Shown: one piece after another, positions 9,202-17,741 of the stretch | Numbering within the stretch: the stretch's first letter is position 1 | Layout: each line of letters starts with the position of its first letter | From: Candidatus Multivoraceae bacterium | Lineage (GTDB): Bacteria; Acidobacteriota; Thermoanaerobaculia; Multivoradales; Multivoraceae | NCBI GenBank assembly: GCA_965223385.1 | Contig: CBDCWR010000007.1 | Coordinates: 2,413,803-2,477,802 of the forward strand | Direction of reading: 5' to 3' | Length of the DNA stretch: 64,000 nucleotides | Notes under the pieces: model-generated | What the model was told of the DNA's origin: nothing | The model's database searches: none | The model's input: the letters and a program-made list of their open reading frames with translations, nothing else | Position numbers and translations under genes: made by a program

Positions 9202-9557
9202 GCCCCCTCCTTCGCAAGGCCCGCGCGTCGGGCGAGAGCGACCAGGTCCGCCAGGCGTCCCATTTCGGCCTGGGCGACGGAGCGGCCGAAGCTGGTGAGG
9301 CCGTAGTAGCGCCGTCGCTCGTCGTCCAGCTCGGGCGCGGGCCGTTCGCGCAGCTCGCGGATGAGCCCCTGCTCGAGCATGCGCTGGATGGAGCGGTAGA
9401 GCGTTCCCGCGCTCATGCGCACCTTGCCGCCGGTGTTCGCTTCGACGGTCTGCAGGATCGCGTAGCCGTGCAGATCGGAGTCGGAGAGTGCCACCAGAAT
9501 GTGAAAGGTGGACGTGGGCAGGGGAAGGAGTGCGTCGGGGGATGGGTCTCGCGTCAT
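9198..9557 (-). CDS. PadR-family transcriptional regulator
   Basis: A 119-aa product with LPLPTSTFHILVALSDSDLHGYAILQTVE... typical of the PadR winged HTH. It is co-transcribed with the ADOP permease. Confidence 0.8.
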   Translation of the reverse strand: MTRDPSPDALLPLPTSTFHILVALSDSDLHGYAILQTVEANTGGKVRMSAGTLYRSIQRMLEQGLIRELRERPAPELDDERRRYYGLTSFGRSVAQAEMGRLADLVALARRAGLAKEGA

Positions 9558-9799
9558 TGTCGGCTCCTGGTGCCTGCGGAGGCCGTCAGTTCGCCTCGAC
9601 CGGAGCTCGAAGGGGAGCTCGCTCGCGGCAGAATCTCTCCGCTCTGGCTATATCCGCACTGGCTATAGATGTACGAGGCATCGGGCCGCGGGTTGCAGGG
9701 GCGACCCCGCCAAGGGATCGCCCGCGATCTCGCTTAGGATCGCTGGATCCGAACCGCCTCGGTCTGCGCGTCCGCGACCGACCTCGAAGAGGGAACCCC

Positions 9800-12700
9800 A
9801 TGCCGACCATCCTCCCGGGCTCCGGCCCCGCGCTGCGTGTGCTCGCAGCAACGCTGCTCCTCCTCGTCCTCTTGCCACGGGACCTGACCGGTCAGCAGGG
9901 CCGGAAGGGCTACTACCGACAGCCGGCCCTCTGGGGCGACACGGTGGTCTTCGCCGCGGAGGGTGACCTGTGGGTCGCGACCACGGCCGGAGGCGTTGCC
10001 GAGCGACTGACGGCCCACGCCGGCGCCGAGAGCCACCCCGCGATCTCACCCGACGGCCGACAGGTGGCGTTCACCGCGGCCTACGACGGCCCACCCGACG
10101 TCTACGTGATGCCGCTCGCCGGCGGTCGTCCGCAGCGGCTGACCTGGGACAACGATCCGTCCACCGTGGTCGGCTGGACTCCCCAGGGAGAAGTGCTCTA
10201 CACGTCGCCGCGCTACTCGACCCTGCCCGGTCCGGAGCTCCTGGCGATCGCGCCGGAGAGTGGGGCGTGGCGTCGCATTCCGCTGGCACAGGCGAGCGAC
10301 GGTAGCTTCTCGGACGACGGTCGGACGCTGGTGTTCGCGCGCCCCGGCTTTCACCGCAACAACACCCGGCGGTACGAAGGCGGCACCGCCCGCAACCTCT
10401 GGCGCTTCACGGACGGCGACGCCGAGGCGGTCAACGTCACTCCGGACCACGCGGGAGAAGACCACTCGCCGATGGTGTCGGCCGGAACCCTCACCTGGGT
10501 GAACGACGCGAGCGGCATGATGAACCTCTGGTCGATGCCCCTCGAAGGGGGCGCCAAGACCCAGCTCACCGACCACGAAGAGTGGGACGTGAAGTCGCCG
10601 GCGCAGGACGCCTCCCGCCGCACCCAGCGCATCGTGTACCGCCTCGGCGCAGACCTCCGCCTGTTCGACCCCGCCACGGGAGACGACCGCGAGATCGACC
10701 TCTTCCTCCGCTCCGACTTCGACCAGCTCGCCGAACGCTGGGAGGACACGCCCGGGCGTCAGATCACCGCCATGGCGTTGGACCACACCGGAGAGCGGGT
10801 GGCGCTCACGTCGCGCGGGCGCGTCTTCGTCTTCCCGGCGAAGCACGGGCGTCGCCTCCAGGTGGACCGTCAGCCGGGAGTGCGCTACCGCAGCGCCACC
10901 TTCCTCGACGAGGATCACATCCTGCTCGCCTCGGACGCCACCCGCGAGGTGGAGTTCGTGGCCGTGCCGGCCAACGGCATCGGTGAGCGCCGGCAGATCA
11001 CGCGCGGCGCGACCACGCTGCGCTTCGCCGGCATTCCGTCTCCCGACGGCTCCCGGATCGCGTTCACCGACAAGAACAACGACCTGCGCATCGCCGTTGT
11101 CGAGACCGGCGACGAGCGCGTCGTCTCGCAGAATCGCGAGGGTGTGCAGAGCTTCGAGTGGTCGCCCGACGGCAAGTTCCTCGCGTACTCGGGCGCGGCG
11201 CTCAACACGTTCGTCCAGATCTTCCTCTACGAGCTGGCGACGGGCGACCAGATCCAGGTGACGAGCGACCGCGTCAACTCGTACTCGCCGTCGTGGTCGC
11301 CCGACGGCAGGTGGCTCTACTTCCTCTCCGACCGCAACCTGCGGTCGCTCGTGGGCAGCCCGTGGGGCCCGCGCCAGCCGGAGCCGTACTTCGACCACGC
11401 CATCGAGATCTACCAGGTGGGCCTCGAGGAGGACGCGCGCCCGACCTTCTGGTCCGACGACGAGCTCGTGCGCGAGGCGAAGAAGGCGGAAGCCGAGGCC
11501 AAGAAGGAGGCGGCCGATGGGGCGGAGGAATCGGAAGGGAAGAGCGAGAGCCAGGGCAAAGGCGACGAGAAAGACGAGGTGAAGGTCACCGTCGACCGCC
11601 ACGGCCTCGAGAGCCGCGTGTGGAAGCTGCCCGTCGACTCGGGCAACTACTTCGGGTTGAGCGCCGTGCACGATGCCCTGCTGTACTTCTCGCGCGACAG
11701 CGGCCCCGACGCGGAGATGCACCTCGTGGGCCTCTCGACGAAGCCGGACTCGAAGCCCGTGACGATGGTGTCCGACGTGCGCGGGTTTCAGATCTCAGGC
11801 GATCGCAAGAAGGCGCTCGTGCGCAAGGGCCAGGCCCTGCACGTGGTGGACGCGGCGCCCCGCAAGGCCGATCTCGGTGAGACGAAGGTCGATCTGTCGG
11901 GCTGGCGCTTCCCGGTGTCGCTCGCGGAAGACTACGAGCAGATTTTCGTGGACGCGTGGCGTCTCGAGCGCGACTACTTCTACGACCCCGGCATGCACGG
12001 TCTCGACTGGGAGGCCGTGCTCGAGAAGTACCAGGCGCTGCTGGAGCGGGTGACCACGCGCGACGAGCTGTCCGACCTCATCGGCGAGGTGGTCGCCGAG
12101 CTCGCGGCGCTCCACGTCAGCGTGCGCGGCGGGGAGCACCGCGAAGCGGAGGACGACATCAACGTGGCGAACCTCGGTGCGCGGCTGCGACGCAGCGAGG
12201 GTGATGGCGGCTACGTGATCGAGCACCTCTACCGCACCGACCCCGACTATCCCGAGTGGCGCGGCCCTCTCGCCGATCCGTACCACCGCGTGGACAATGG
12301 CGACGTTCTGGTGGCGCTCAACGGCACTTCGCTGCTGAGCGTGCGTGCGCCGGGTGAGCTGCTGCGCAACGAGGCCGGCCAGCAGGTGCGGCTCACCCTG
12401 CGCGACGCGGGCGAGAAGGAGACCCGCGACATCTTGGTGCGACCGCAGGCGCGCGAGTCGAGTCTGCGTTACCACGACTGGCAGTACAGCCGCCGGCTCG
12501 AGGTGGAGGAGCGTGGCGAGGGTCGGATCGGCTACGTGCACCTCCGCGCCATGGGCAGCAGCAACCTCTCCGAGTGGTACCGCAACTTCTACCCGGTCTT
12601 CGACCGCCAAGGTCTGATCATCGACGCGCGTCACAACCGCGGCGGCAACATCGACAGCATCATCCTCGAGAAGCTGCTGCGCCGGGCGTGGTTCTACTGG

Positions 12701-13132
12701 AAGGGCCGCACCGGAATCCCGACCTGGAACATGCAGTACGCCTTCCGAGGGCACATGGTGGTGCTGGTCGACGAGAACACCGCCTCCGACGGCGAGGCGT
12801 TTGCCGAGGGGTTTCGGCGGTTGGGCCTCGGCCCCGTGATCGGCACGCGGACCTGGGGCGGCGAGATCTGGCTGAGCAACAACAACCGCCTCACCGACGG
12901 CGGCATCGCCCGCGCTCCACAGACCGGCGTGTACGGGCCGGAGCGCGAGTGGCTGATCGAAGGGTGGGGCGTCGAGCCCGACATCGTGGTGGACAACCTG
13001 CCCCACGAGACCTTCAAGGGCCGCGACCGCCAGCTCGAAAAGGCCGTGGAGGTGCTGCTCGAGAAGATCGCGGAAGACCCGCGCGAGGTGCCGGCGCCTC
13101 CCGAGTACCCGGACAAGTCTTGGAAGCCGTGA
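9800..13132 (+). CDS. Tricorn protease homologue (S41B peptidase with beta-propeller and PDZ domains)
   Basis: ATG at 9800 is preceded by GAGGGA and followed by a signal peptide (MPTILPGSGPALRVLAATLLLLVLLP). The 1110-aa product has propeller repeats and a C-terminal S41 domain. The upstream part of ORF 9488..13132 lacks an RBS and is likely not translated. Confidence 0.8.
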   Translation: MPTILPGSGPALRVLAATLLLLVLLPRDLTGQQGRKGYYRQPALWGDTVVFAAEGDLWVATTAGGVAERLTAHAGAESHPAISPDGRQVAFTAAYDGPPDVYVMPLAGGRPQRLTWDNDPSTVVGWTPQGEVLYTSPRYSTLPGPELLAIAPESGAWRRIPLAQASDGSFSDDGRTLVFARPGFHRNNTRRYEGGTARNLWRFTDGDAEAVNVTPDHAGEDHSPMVSAGTLTWVNDASGMMNLWSMPLEGGAKTQLTDHEEWDVKSPAQDASRRTQRIVYRLGADLRLFDPATGDDREIDLFLRSDFDQLAERWEDTPGRQITAMALDHTGERVALTSRGRVFVFPAKHGRRLQVDRQPGVRYRSATFLDEDHILLASDATREVEFVAVPANGIGERRQITRGATTLRFAGIPSPDGSRIAFTDKNNDLRIAVVETGDERVVSQNREGVQSFEWSPDGKFLAYSGAALNTFVQIFLYELATGDQIQVTSDRVNSYSPSWSPDGRWLYFLSDRNLRSLVGSPWGPRQPEPYFDHAIEIYQVGLEEDARPTFWSDDELVREAKKAEAEAKKEAADGAEESEGKSESQGKGDEKDEVKVTVDRHGLESRVWKLPVDSGNYFGLSAVHDALLYFSRDSGPDAEMHLVGLSTKPDSKPVTMVSDVRGFQISGDRKKALVRKGQALHVVDAAPRKADLGETKVDLSGWRFPVSLAEDYEQIFVDAWRLERDYFYDPGMHGLDWEAVLEKYQALLERVTTRDELSDLIGEVVAELAALHVSVRGGEHREAEDDINVANLGARLRRSEGDGGYVIEHLYRTDPDYPEWRGPLADPYHRVDNGDVLVALNGTSLLSVRAPGELLRNEAGQQVRLTLRDAGEKETRDILVRPQARESSLRYHDWQYSRRLEVEERGEGRIGYVHLRAMGSSNLSEWYRNFYPVFDRQGLIIDARHNRGGNIDSIILEKLLRRAWFYWKGRTGIPTWNMQYAFRGHMVVLVDENTASDGEAFAEGFRRLGLGPVIGTRTWGGEIWLSNNNRLTDGGIARAPQTGVYGPEREWLIEGWGVEPDIVVDNLPHETFKGRDRQLEKAVEVLLEKIAEDPREVPAPPEYPDKSWKP

Positions 13133-13157
13133 CGGTTCGCGACGTCACTCCAGGGTT

Positions 13158-14789
13158 TCAGGGCCCCGCTGCCCGTCGCAGCGCGAGCGTGCCACCCCTG
13201 CGCCGATCGTCGACGTACCCGACGAGCTCGTCTCCCCGCGCCTCCGCTTCGATGCGAAAGCTCTGGGAGCCCAGCGCGACGGTGAAGCCGAGCCGCTCCC
13301 CGCGGCGCTCGACGTCGCGCACCGCCCTCTGACGCAGGCCAAGCTCGGGGACGTCGAGGAAGATGCGACCGTCTTCGACGGTGATGGCCATGGCGTACTC
13401 CGCCCGCAGGTACGTCAGGCGCCCTTCGAAGCGGCCTTCCGCGATTCCAGGGGCAGCGGCCGCGAAGCGAACGACCCAGTCGAGCGCAGGGTCGCGACCC
13501 TGGAGGACACTCTCGACGGTTTGTGGGGCGTCGACCGTGGGCACGATCGCGGTCCTCTGGTCGAGCGGGTGAGAGTACTGCCACTGCCGGGTCGAGATCC
13601 TCACCGTGAGCCCCGAGTAGGGCAGCTGCCTCTTGGAGGCGTCGCCGTGGTGGTTCGGGGACGACCCCGTGGGCTCGCCCACGAAGATGGCGCGCGTGTG
13701 CCGCTCGAGGTCGACGGCGAGCATCATGGCGGCGGAGAAGGTGGCTCGGCCCGTCAGAACAAAAAGCGACCCTGCCTCGCGGAGTGCAGGGCTGCGAATC
13801 AGCGCGTGCACGAGGGGCTGGCTCAGGGAGTTGTCGCCGCCCCGGTTGTGACGCAGGTCGATCACGAGTCGCTCGAACCCGGGGTTTCCCAGAGCCTGCT
13901 CGAGGCGTTCCGAGAGAGCGGCCAGTGTCTCGCCTGGTCCGTCCCCGATCTCGTCGATGCGTAGGTAGAGGATGCCGCCGTCGATCTGCGTCATCAGGAA
14001 GGGAGACGGAAGGGGTCGCATCGAGACGGGCTGGTCGACCGTCAGGTCCCTCCACTCCACGGCCTGCCCCTGGGGAACGACCTGGAGCTGCAGGCTTTCG
14101 TCTCCCGTTTCCGTGGCGACGCGAAGCTCCAAGGTCTCCCGCTGGTCGATGACGCCACGGGCATGAAGGAGGTCCGGGAGCACCAGTCGCTCGGGGAGGT
14201 GGTACCGAAGCTGCCACTCGTTGTCGCGCTGGATGGTCGCACTCACCGCTTCGATCGCATCCTCGGTCGTGAGACCGCCGATCTGGATCACTTCGCGGCC
14301 GAGCACGCGCTCCCCGCCCGAAACACCTTGGCCGATGGCCGTGATCAAGAGGCGATCGTCGTGCGAGCCGAAGCGCACGGGAAACTGGCGCATGACGAGG
14401 TCCGGGAGCGAGGGCCTGGTGGGCGTGTGGCCCCGGAAGAACTCGATCTCGGAGTCCAGCGGCAGCGTGAGACGGGTGTGTCCGTCGCCGAGAAGGGCCA
14501 CGATGCGGGCGAGATCGACCACGATCTCGTGCGGCTCGAGGCTCTTCAGCCGGCGCTCGAGCTCCAGGAGCTCTCGCTCGAAGGTCGCGCGGTCGATCTT
14601 CGTGAACGGTTCCGGATGGACCCGAGGCAGCTCGACCTGGAGATGGCGCAGATCACAGCGCCAGCCGTCGACCTCCGAGGGCGAGAGCGCGCCGGCTCTC
14701 GAGCTTGCGAGTGAGGGGAGGATGCCGAGGAGCATCGCCAAGGGAAGGGTCAGGAACAGGGCGGACGCTCGGTGTCGAGGAACAGGCAC
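13158..14789 (-). CDS. S41-family peptidase (C-terminal processing protease-like), secreted
   Basis: A 543-aa product with a signal peptide and DLRHNRGGDNSLSQ plus a TGSSPNHHGD region, typical of S41. It is convergent with the tricorn protease. Confidence 0.75.
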   Translation of the reverse strand: MPVPRHRASALFLTLPLAMLLGILPSLASSRAGALSPSEVDGWRCDLRHLQVELPRVHPEPFTKIDRATFERELLELERRLKSLEPHEIVVDLARIVALLGDGHTRLTLPLDSEIEFFRGHTPTRPSLPDLVMRQFPVRFGSHDDRLLITAIGQGVSGGERVLGREVIQIGGLTTEDAIEAVSATIQRDNEWQLRYHLPERLVLPDLLHARGVIDQRETLELRVATETGDESLQLQVVPQGQAVEWRDLTVDQPVSMRPLPSPFLMTQIDGGILYLRIDEIGDGPGETLAALSERLEQALGNPGFERLVIDLRHNRGGDNSLSQPLVHALIRSPALREAGSLFVLTGRATFSAAMMLAVDLERHTRAIFVGEPTGSSPNHHGDASKRQLPYSGLTVRISTRQWQYSHPLDQRTAIVPTVDAPQTVESVLQGRDPALDWVVRFAAAAPGIAEGRFEGRLTYLRAEYAMAITVEDGRIFLDVPELGLRQRAVRDVERRGERLGFTVALGSQSFRIEAEARGDELVGYVDDRRRGGTLALRRAAGP

Positions 14790-14837
14790 GTGAAGCTCCT
14801 TGGAGAAAGGCGTCGTGAGTGAGGTGAGCTCGGTTGG

Positions 14838-14866
14838 TCTAGTGGTCTATAATACTAGACCATCAC
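14838..14866. promoter_or_regulatory. Candidate GntR operator: inverted repeat TGGTCTAGT-N10-ACTAGACCA with embedded TATAAT
   Basis: The sequence tggtctagtggtctataatactagacca lies about 40 bp upstream of the GntR start. Half-sites resemble the dre-like GntR/HutC-type GGTCTAGACC motif. A TATAAT -10-like hexamer lies in the spacer. Confidence 0.4.
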
Positions 14867-14903
14867 TTCAGTCGCCGCTGCAGGGTTGCGCAGGAGACCA
14901 AGA

Positions 14904-15857
14904 ATGAAAGAGCGACTCGACCGCTCGAGTCCGGTTCCCCTCTTCCACCAGATCGTGCAGGCCGTCCGTTGGGCCGTCTCGAGCGGCGAGCTGGCCCCGG
15001 GAGACGAGCTCCCGTCGAGCCGGGAGGGTGGAGCGGAGTGGGGTGTCAACCGGCACACCGTGCGCCGTGCGTACCAGGAGCTGCAGTCCATGGGCCTCGT
15101 GCGGGCTCAGAAGGCGGGGAGGCTGGTGGTCACGGACCCCGTCGCAGGCGGCGACGCGTCCGAGCCACCGAGCCCACAGGAGATGGCCGCCCTGGTCGAC
15201 CGCTTCGTCGCCGACGCGAGGGACCGCTTTGGGCTCACTGCGGGCGAGGCGGCCGCCCTGGTCGCGGAACGGCAGCATGCCGGAGCGCGTCCAGGGACGA
15301 TGGGCCACCTTACGGTCGTGGAGTGCAACCTCGCCCAGTGCGCCGACCTCGCCCATCAGGTCGAGGCGCGCTGGAAGGTGGACGCGGAGCTTCGGGTCCT
15401 CGGCGACGGCGACGAGCCGCCGGAGGGGCAGGTCGTGGCGACCCTGTACCACTTCGAAGAGGTCCGCGAGCGCTGGCCCGAGGTCGCGGCGGACGCGCAC
15501 TTCGTCGGTCTCCTCGCGGACCCGGCCGTCGGTCGCCTGGTCGAGCATCTGACCAAGACCTACGACGGCAAGGCGCCCGCTCTGGTGGCGGACCGTGCCG
15601 GCCGCAACATGGCGGCCGACCTCCTCCCGCTCCTGCCCCAGGGAGCTCAGCTCGAGGTTCTCGACTGGGATCCGGAGCGGTCGGACGAGCTGTTGAACAG
15701 CCTCGAAGGACGGGTCACCCTGGTGAGCCAGCGGGTCTGGTCACAGCTCGATGCCGAGCAGAGGCGCTCGCCCCACCTCGTCGAGGTGCGCTACCTGATT
15801 CCCCGGCGCGATCTCGAGGTGCTGGGGGCCGTGTTCGACTGGGAGGGGCGTTCCTGA
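14904..15857 (+). CDS. GntR-family transcriptional regulator
   Basis: ATG at 14904 has AGGAGA 8 nt upstream. The N-terminus PLFHQIVQAVRWAVSSGELAPGDELPSSRE is a GntR HTH. The C-terminal domain is of unknown type. The stop overlaps the downstream amidohydrolase start (ATGA). Confidence 0.75.
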   Translation: MKERLDRSSPVPLFHQIVQAVRWAVSSGELAPGDELPSSREGGAEWGVNRHTVRRAYQELQSMGLVRAQKAGRLVVTDPVAGGDASEPPSPQEMAALVDRFVADARDRFGLTAGEAAALVAERQHAGARPGTMGHLTVVECNLAQCADLAHQVEARWKVDAELRVLGDGDEPPEGQVVATLYHFEEVRERWPEVAADAHFVGLLADPAVGRLVEHLTKTYDGKAPALVADRAGRNMAADLLPLLPQGAQLEVLDWDPERSDELLNSLEGRVTLVSQRVWSQLDAEQRRSPHLVEVRYLIPRRDLEVLGAVFDWEGRS

Positions 15858-17698
15858 TGCCGAGCTTCTGCCGTCGCGCCTCCCTTCGGCTGGTCGCCGT
15901 GCTGGCCGCGCTGTCTGCGAGTGTCGGCGACGCGCGCCAGGAGGACGTCGTCCTCTCGCCCGTCACAGTCCTGTCGATGGTCGAAGGCAGTGCTGATCTG
16001 CGACCTGAGCAGGCGGTCTGGATCCGCGGGGAGGTCATCGTGCAGGTTGGCCCGTCGGAACGAATCCTGGAGCGAGCGCGCGCCGAGTCCGCTGCACTCA
16101 CCGTGGTCGACGGGCGCGGAGGGACGGTACTGCCGGGGCTCGTCGACGCCCACGTGCACGTGCAGCACGAGGGTGACCTGCTGTCGCTGCTCGCACACGG
16201 AGTCACGACCGTCTTTCATCTCGGGGCGCCGACGTCTGCGCACGCGAGCCTGCTCCGCTGGCGTCGTGAGATCGCCAGCGGGCAGCGTCTGGGCCCCACG
16301 CTCTACGTGGCGGGGCCGTCGCTCGACGGGCCACGTCCGGCTCACCCCGCCTGGTCGCGTGCGACGGCGAGCGTGGAGGAGGTGAGCTCCGCAGTGGCCG
16401 AGCAGGCGAAGCGCGGGTTCGACCTCGTCAAGATCTACTCGCGGCTCGAGCGCGAGACCTACGACGCCGTCGCCAGCGAAGCGGCGAAGTTCGGCCTGAC
16501 GACCGTGGGTCACATTCCGCGGCACCTCGGGATCGAGACGGTGACGCAGCTTCGCCAGCAGATGGTGGCGCACGGTGAAGAGTTCTTCTTCACGATGCTC
16601 GATGGCCCGCGCGACGGCGAGCCCGTCGACGGCTGGTCCGTCGCCTCGGCGCGCCTCGAGAGAATCGCGCGGGCCTGTGCCGAGCGCGGCATCGTGGTGA
16701 CCCCCAATCTCTCGTTCATCGCGGCTCATCTGGCATTGCTCGAGCGTGAGGAGCCCGTGCCGGACGATCCGGAGGTGGCCTTCCTTCATCCACTGGTGCG
16801 CCAGCAGTGGCGCTTCGCGCGGCTCGGGGAGACGCGCGACTCCAGGTGGCTTCGGGCACGAGAGGTGCTGAAGCTGGAGGCCGTGCGTGACCTCACCCTC
16901 GCCATGGACGAGGCGGGCGTCCTGCTGCTCCTTGGAACCGACACGCCACTCGCGGGCCTCTTTCCCGGTGCCTCTGCGCATCTGGAGCTGCGCGAGCTCA
17001 TGGCATCGGGCCTCAGCGCACGCCGCGCCCTGGCCGCCGCGACCTACAACGCCGGCGTCTTCGTGCGCGAGCACGTCGACGCCGACGCTCGGATCGGAAC
17101 GGTGAGCGCGGGCTCGCGCGCCGACCTGCTGCTCGTGGCCGGCAACCCGCTCGGGGACATCTCGGTGCTCGAGCGACCTCGAGGCGTCATGGCTCGCGGA
17201 AGGTGGCTCCCTGCGGAGGAGCTCGACGAGCTCCGTTCCCAGCATCGCGCGCGCTTGCGCGAAGCCCAGGAGCGGCTCGGCGCAATCGTCGCGATGACTC
17301 GCCGCGATGCGCCGCCGAGCGTGCGGGAGCTCCGTCGCGCGAGTCGCGCGGCGCTTCGCAAGCTCGACTGGGCGGAGCGGTGGATGGTCCAGGAGATCAA
17401 TGCGCGCGCGCTGGCTCTCGCCTCACGAGGGCAGCTCGAACGAGCGATCTCCTGGATCGAAGCCGCGATCCAGGTTCTGCCTCACAGCGCCTCACTTCAC
17501 TACAGCCTCGGCGAGGGCCACCGACTGCGCGCCGCGCAGCTCGAAGGCGCGGCGCGGGCCGCCACACTCGAGCGTGCGCGCTCCTCCTATCGCCGTGCCG
17601 ACGACCTCGGCTCAGGGACGACAGAAGGTGGTTTGGCGAGGGCGCGGCTCCGCGAGATGCGTGGGGCAGGCGGCAGCGAGGGAGCGCTGCCGCCGTAG
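15857..17698 (+). CDS. Amidohydrolase-family metal-dependent hydrolase, secreted/periplasmic
   Basis: A 613-aa product with a signal peptide and VLPGLVDAHVHV, the metal-binding HxH motif of the amidohydrolase superfamily. It is in an operon with GntR. Confidence 0.75.
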   Translation: MPSFCRRASLRLVAVLAALSASVGDARQEDVVLSPVTVLSMVEGSADLRPEQAVWIRGEVIVQVGPSERILERARAESAALTVVDGRGGTVLPGLVDAHVHVQHEGDLLSLLAHGVTTVFHLGAPTSAHASLLRWRREIASGQRLGPTLYVAGPSLDGPRPAHPAWSRATASVEEVSSAVAEQAKRGFDLVKIYSRLERETYDAVASEAAKFGLTTVGHIPRHLGIETVTQLRQQMVAHGEEFFFTMLDGPRDGEPVDGWSVASARLERIARACAERGIVVTPNLSFIAAHLALLEREEPVPDDPEVAFLHPLVRQQWRFARLGETRDSRWLRAREVLKLEAVRDLTLAMDEAGVLLLLGTDTPLAGLFPGASAHLELRELMASGLSARRALAAATYNAGVFVREHVDADARIGTVSAGSRADLLLVAGNPLGDISVLERPRGVMARGRWLPAEELDELRSQHRARLREAQERLGAIVAMTRRDAPPSVRELRRASRAALRKLDWAERWMVQEINARALALASRGQLERAISWIEAAIQVLPHSASLHYSLGEGHRLRAAQLEGAARAATLERARSSYRRADDLGSGTTEGGLARARLREMRGAGGSEGALPP

Positions 17699-17741
17699 CA
17701 GCAAGAGCGGTCGCGGCCTGCGCCGGGCCACCCGCGGATCG

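Noticed and set aside
10046-11722. 558-aa minus-strand ORF
   Set aside because: It is antisense to the well-supported tricorn protease gene. Its composition is dominated by Arg/Val/Ala/Gly runs, with no motifs.
14969-17698. 909-aa plus-strand ORF upstream extension of the amidohydrolase
   Set aside because: The upstream 296 codons overlap the GntR gene in another frame and are Arg/Gly-rich. The real start is the ATG at 15857, which has a signal peptide and overlaps the GntR stop.
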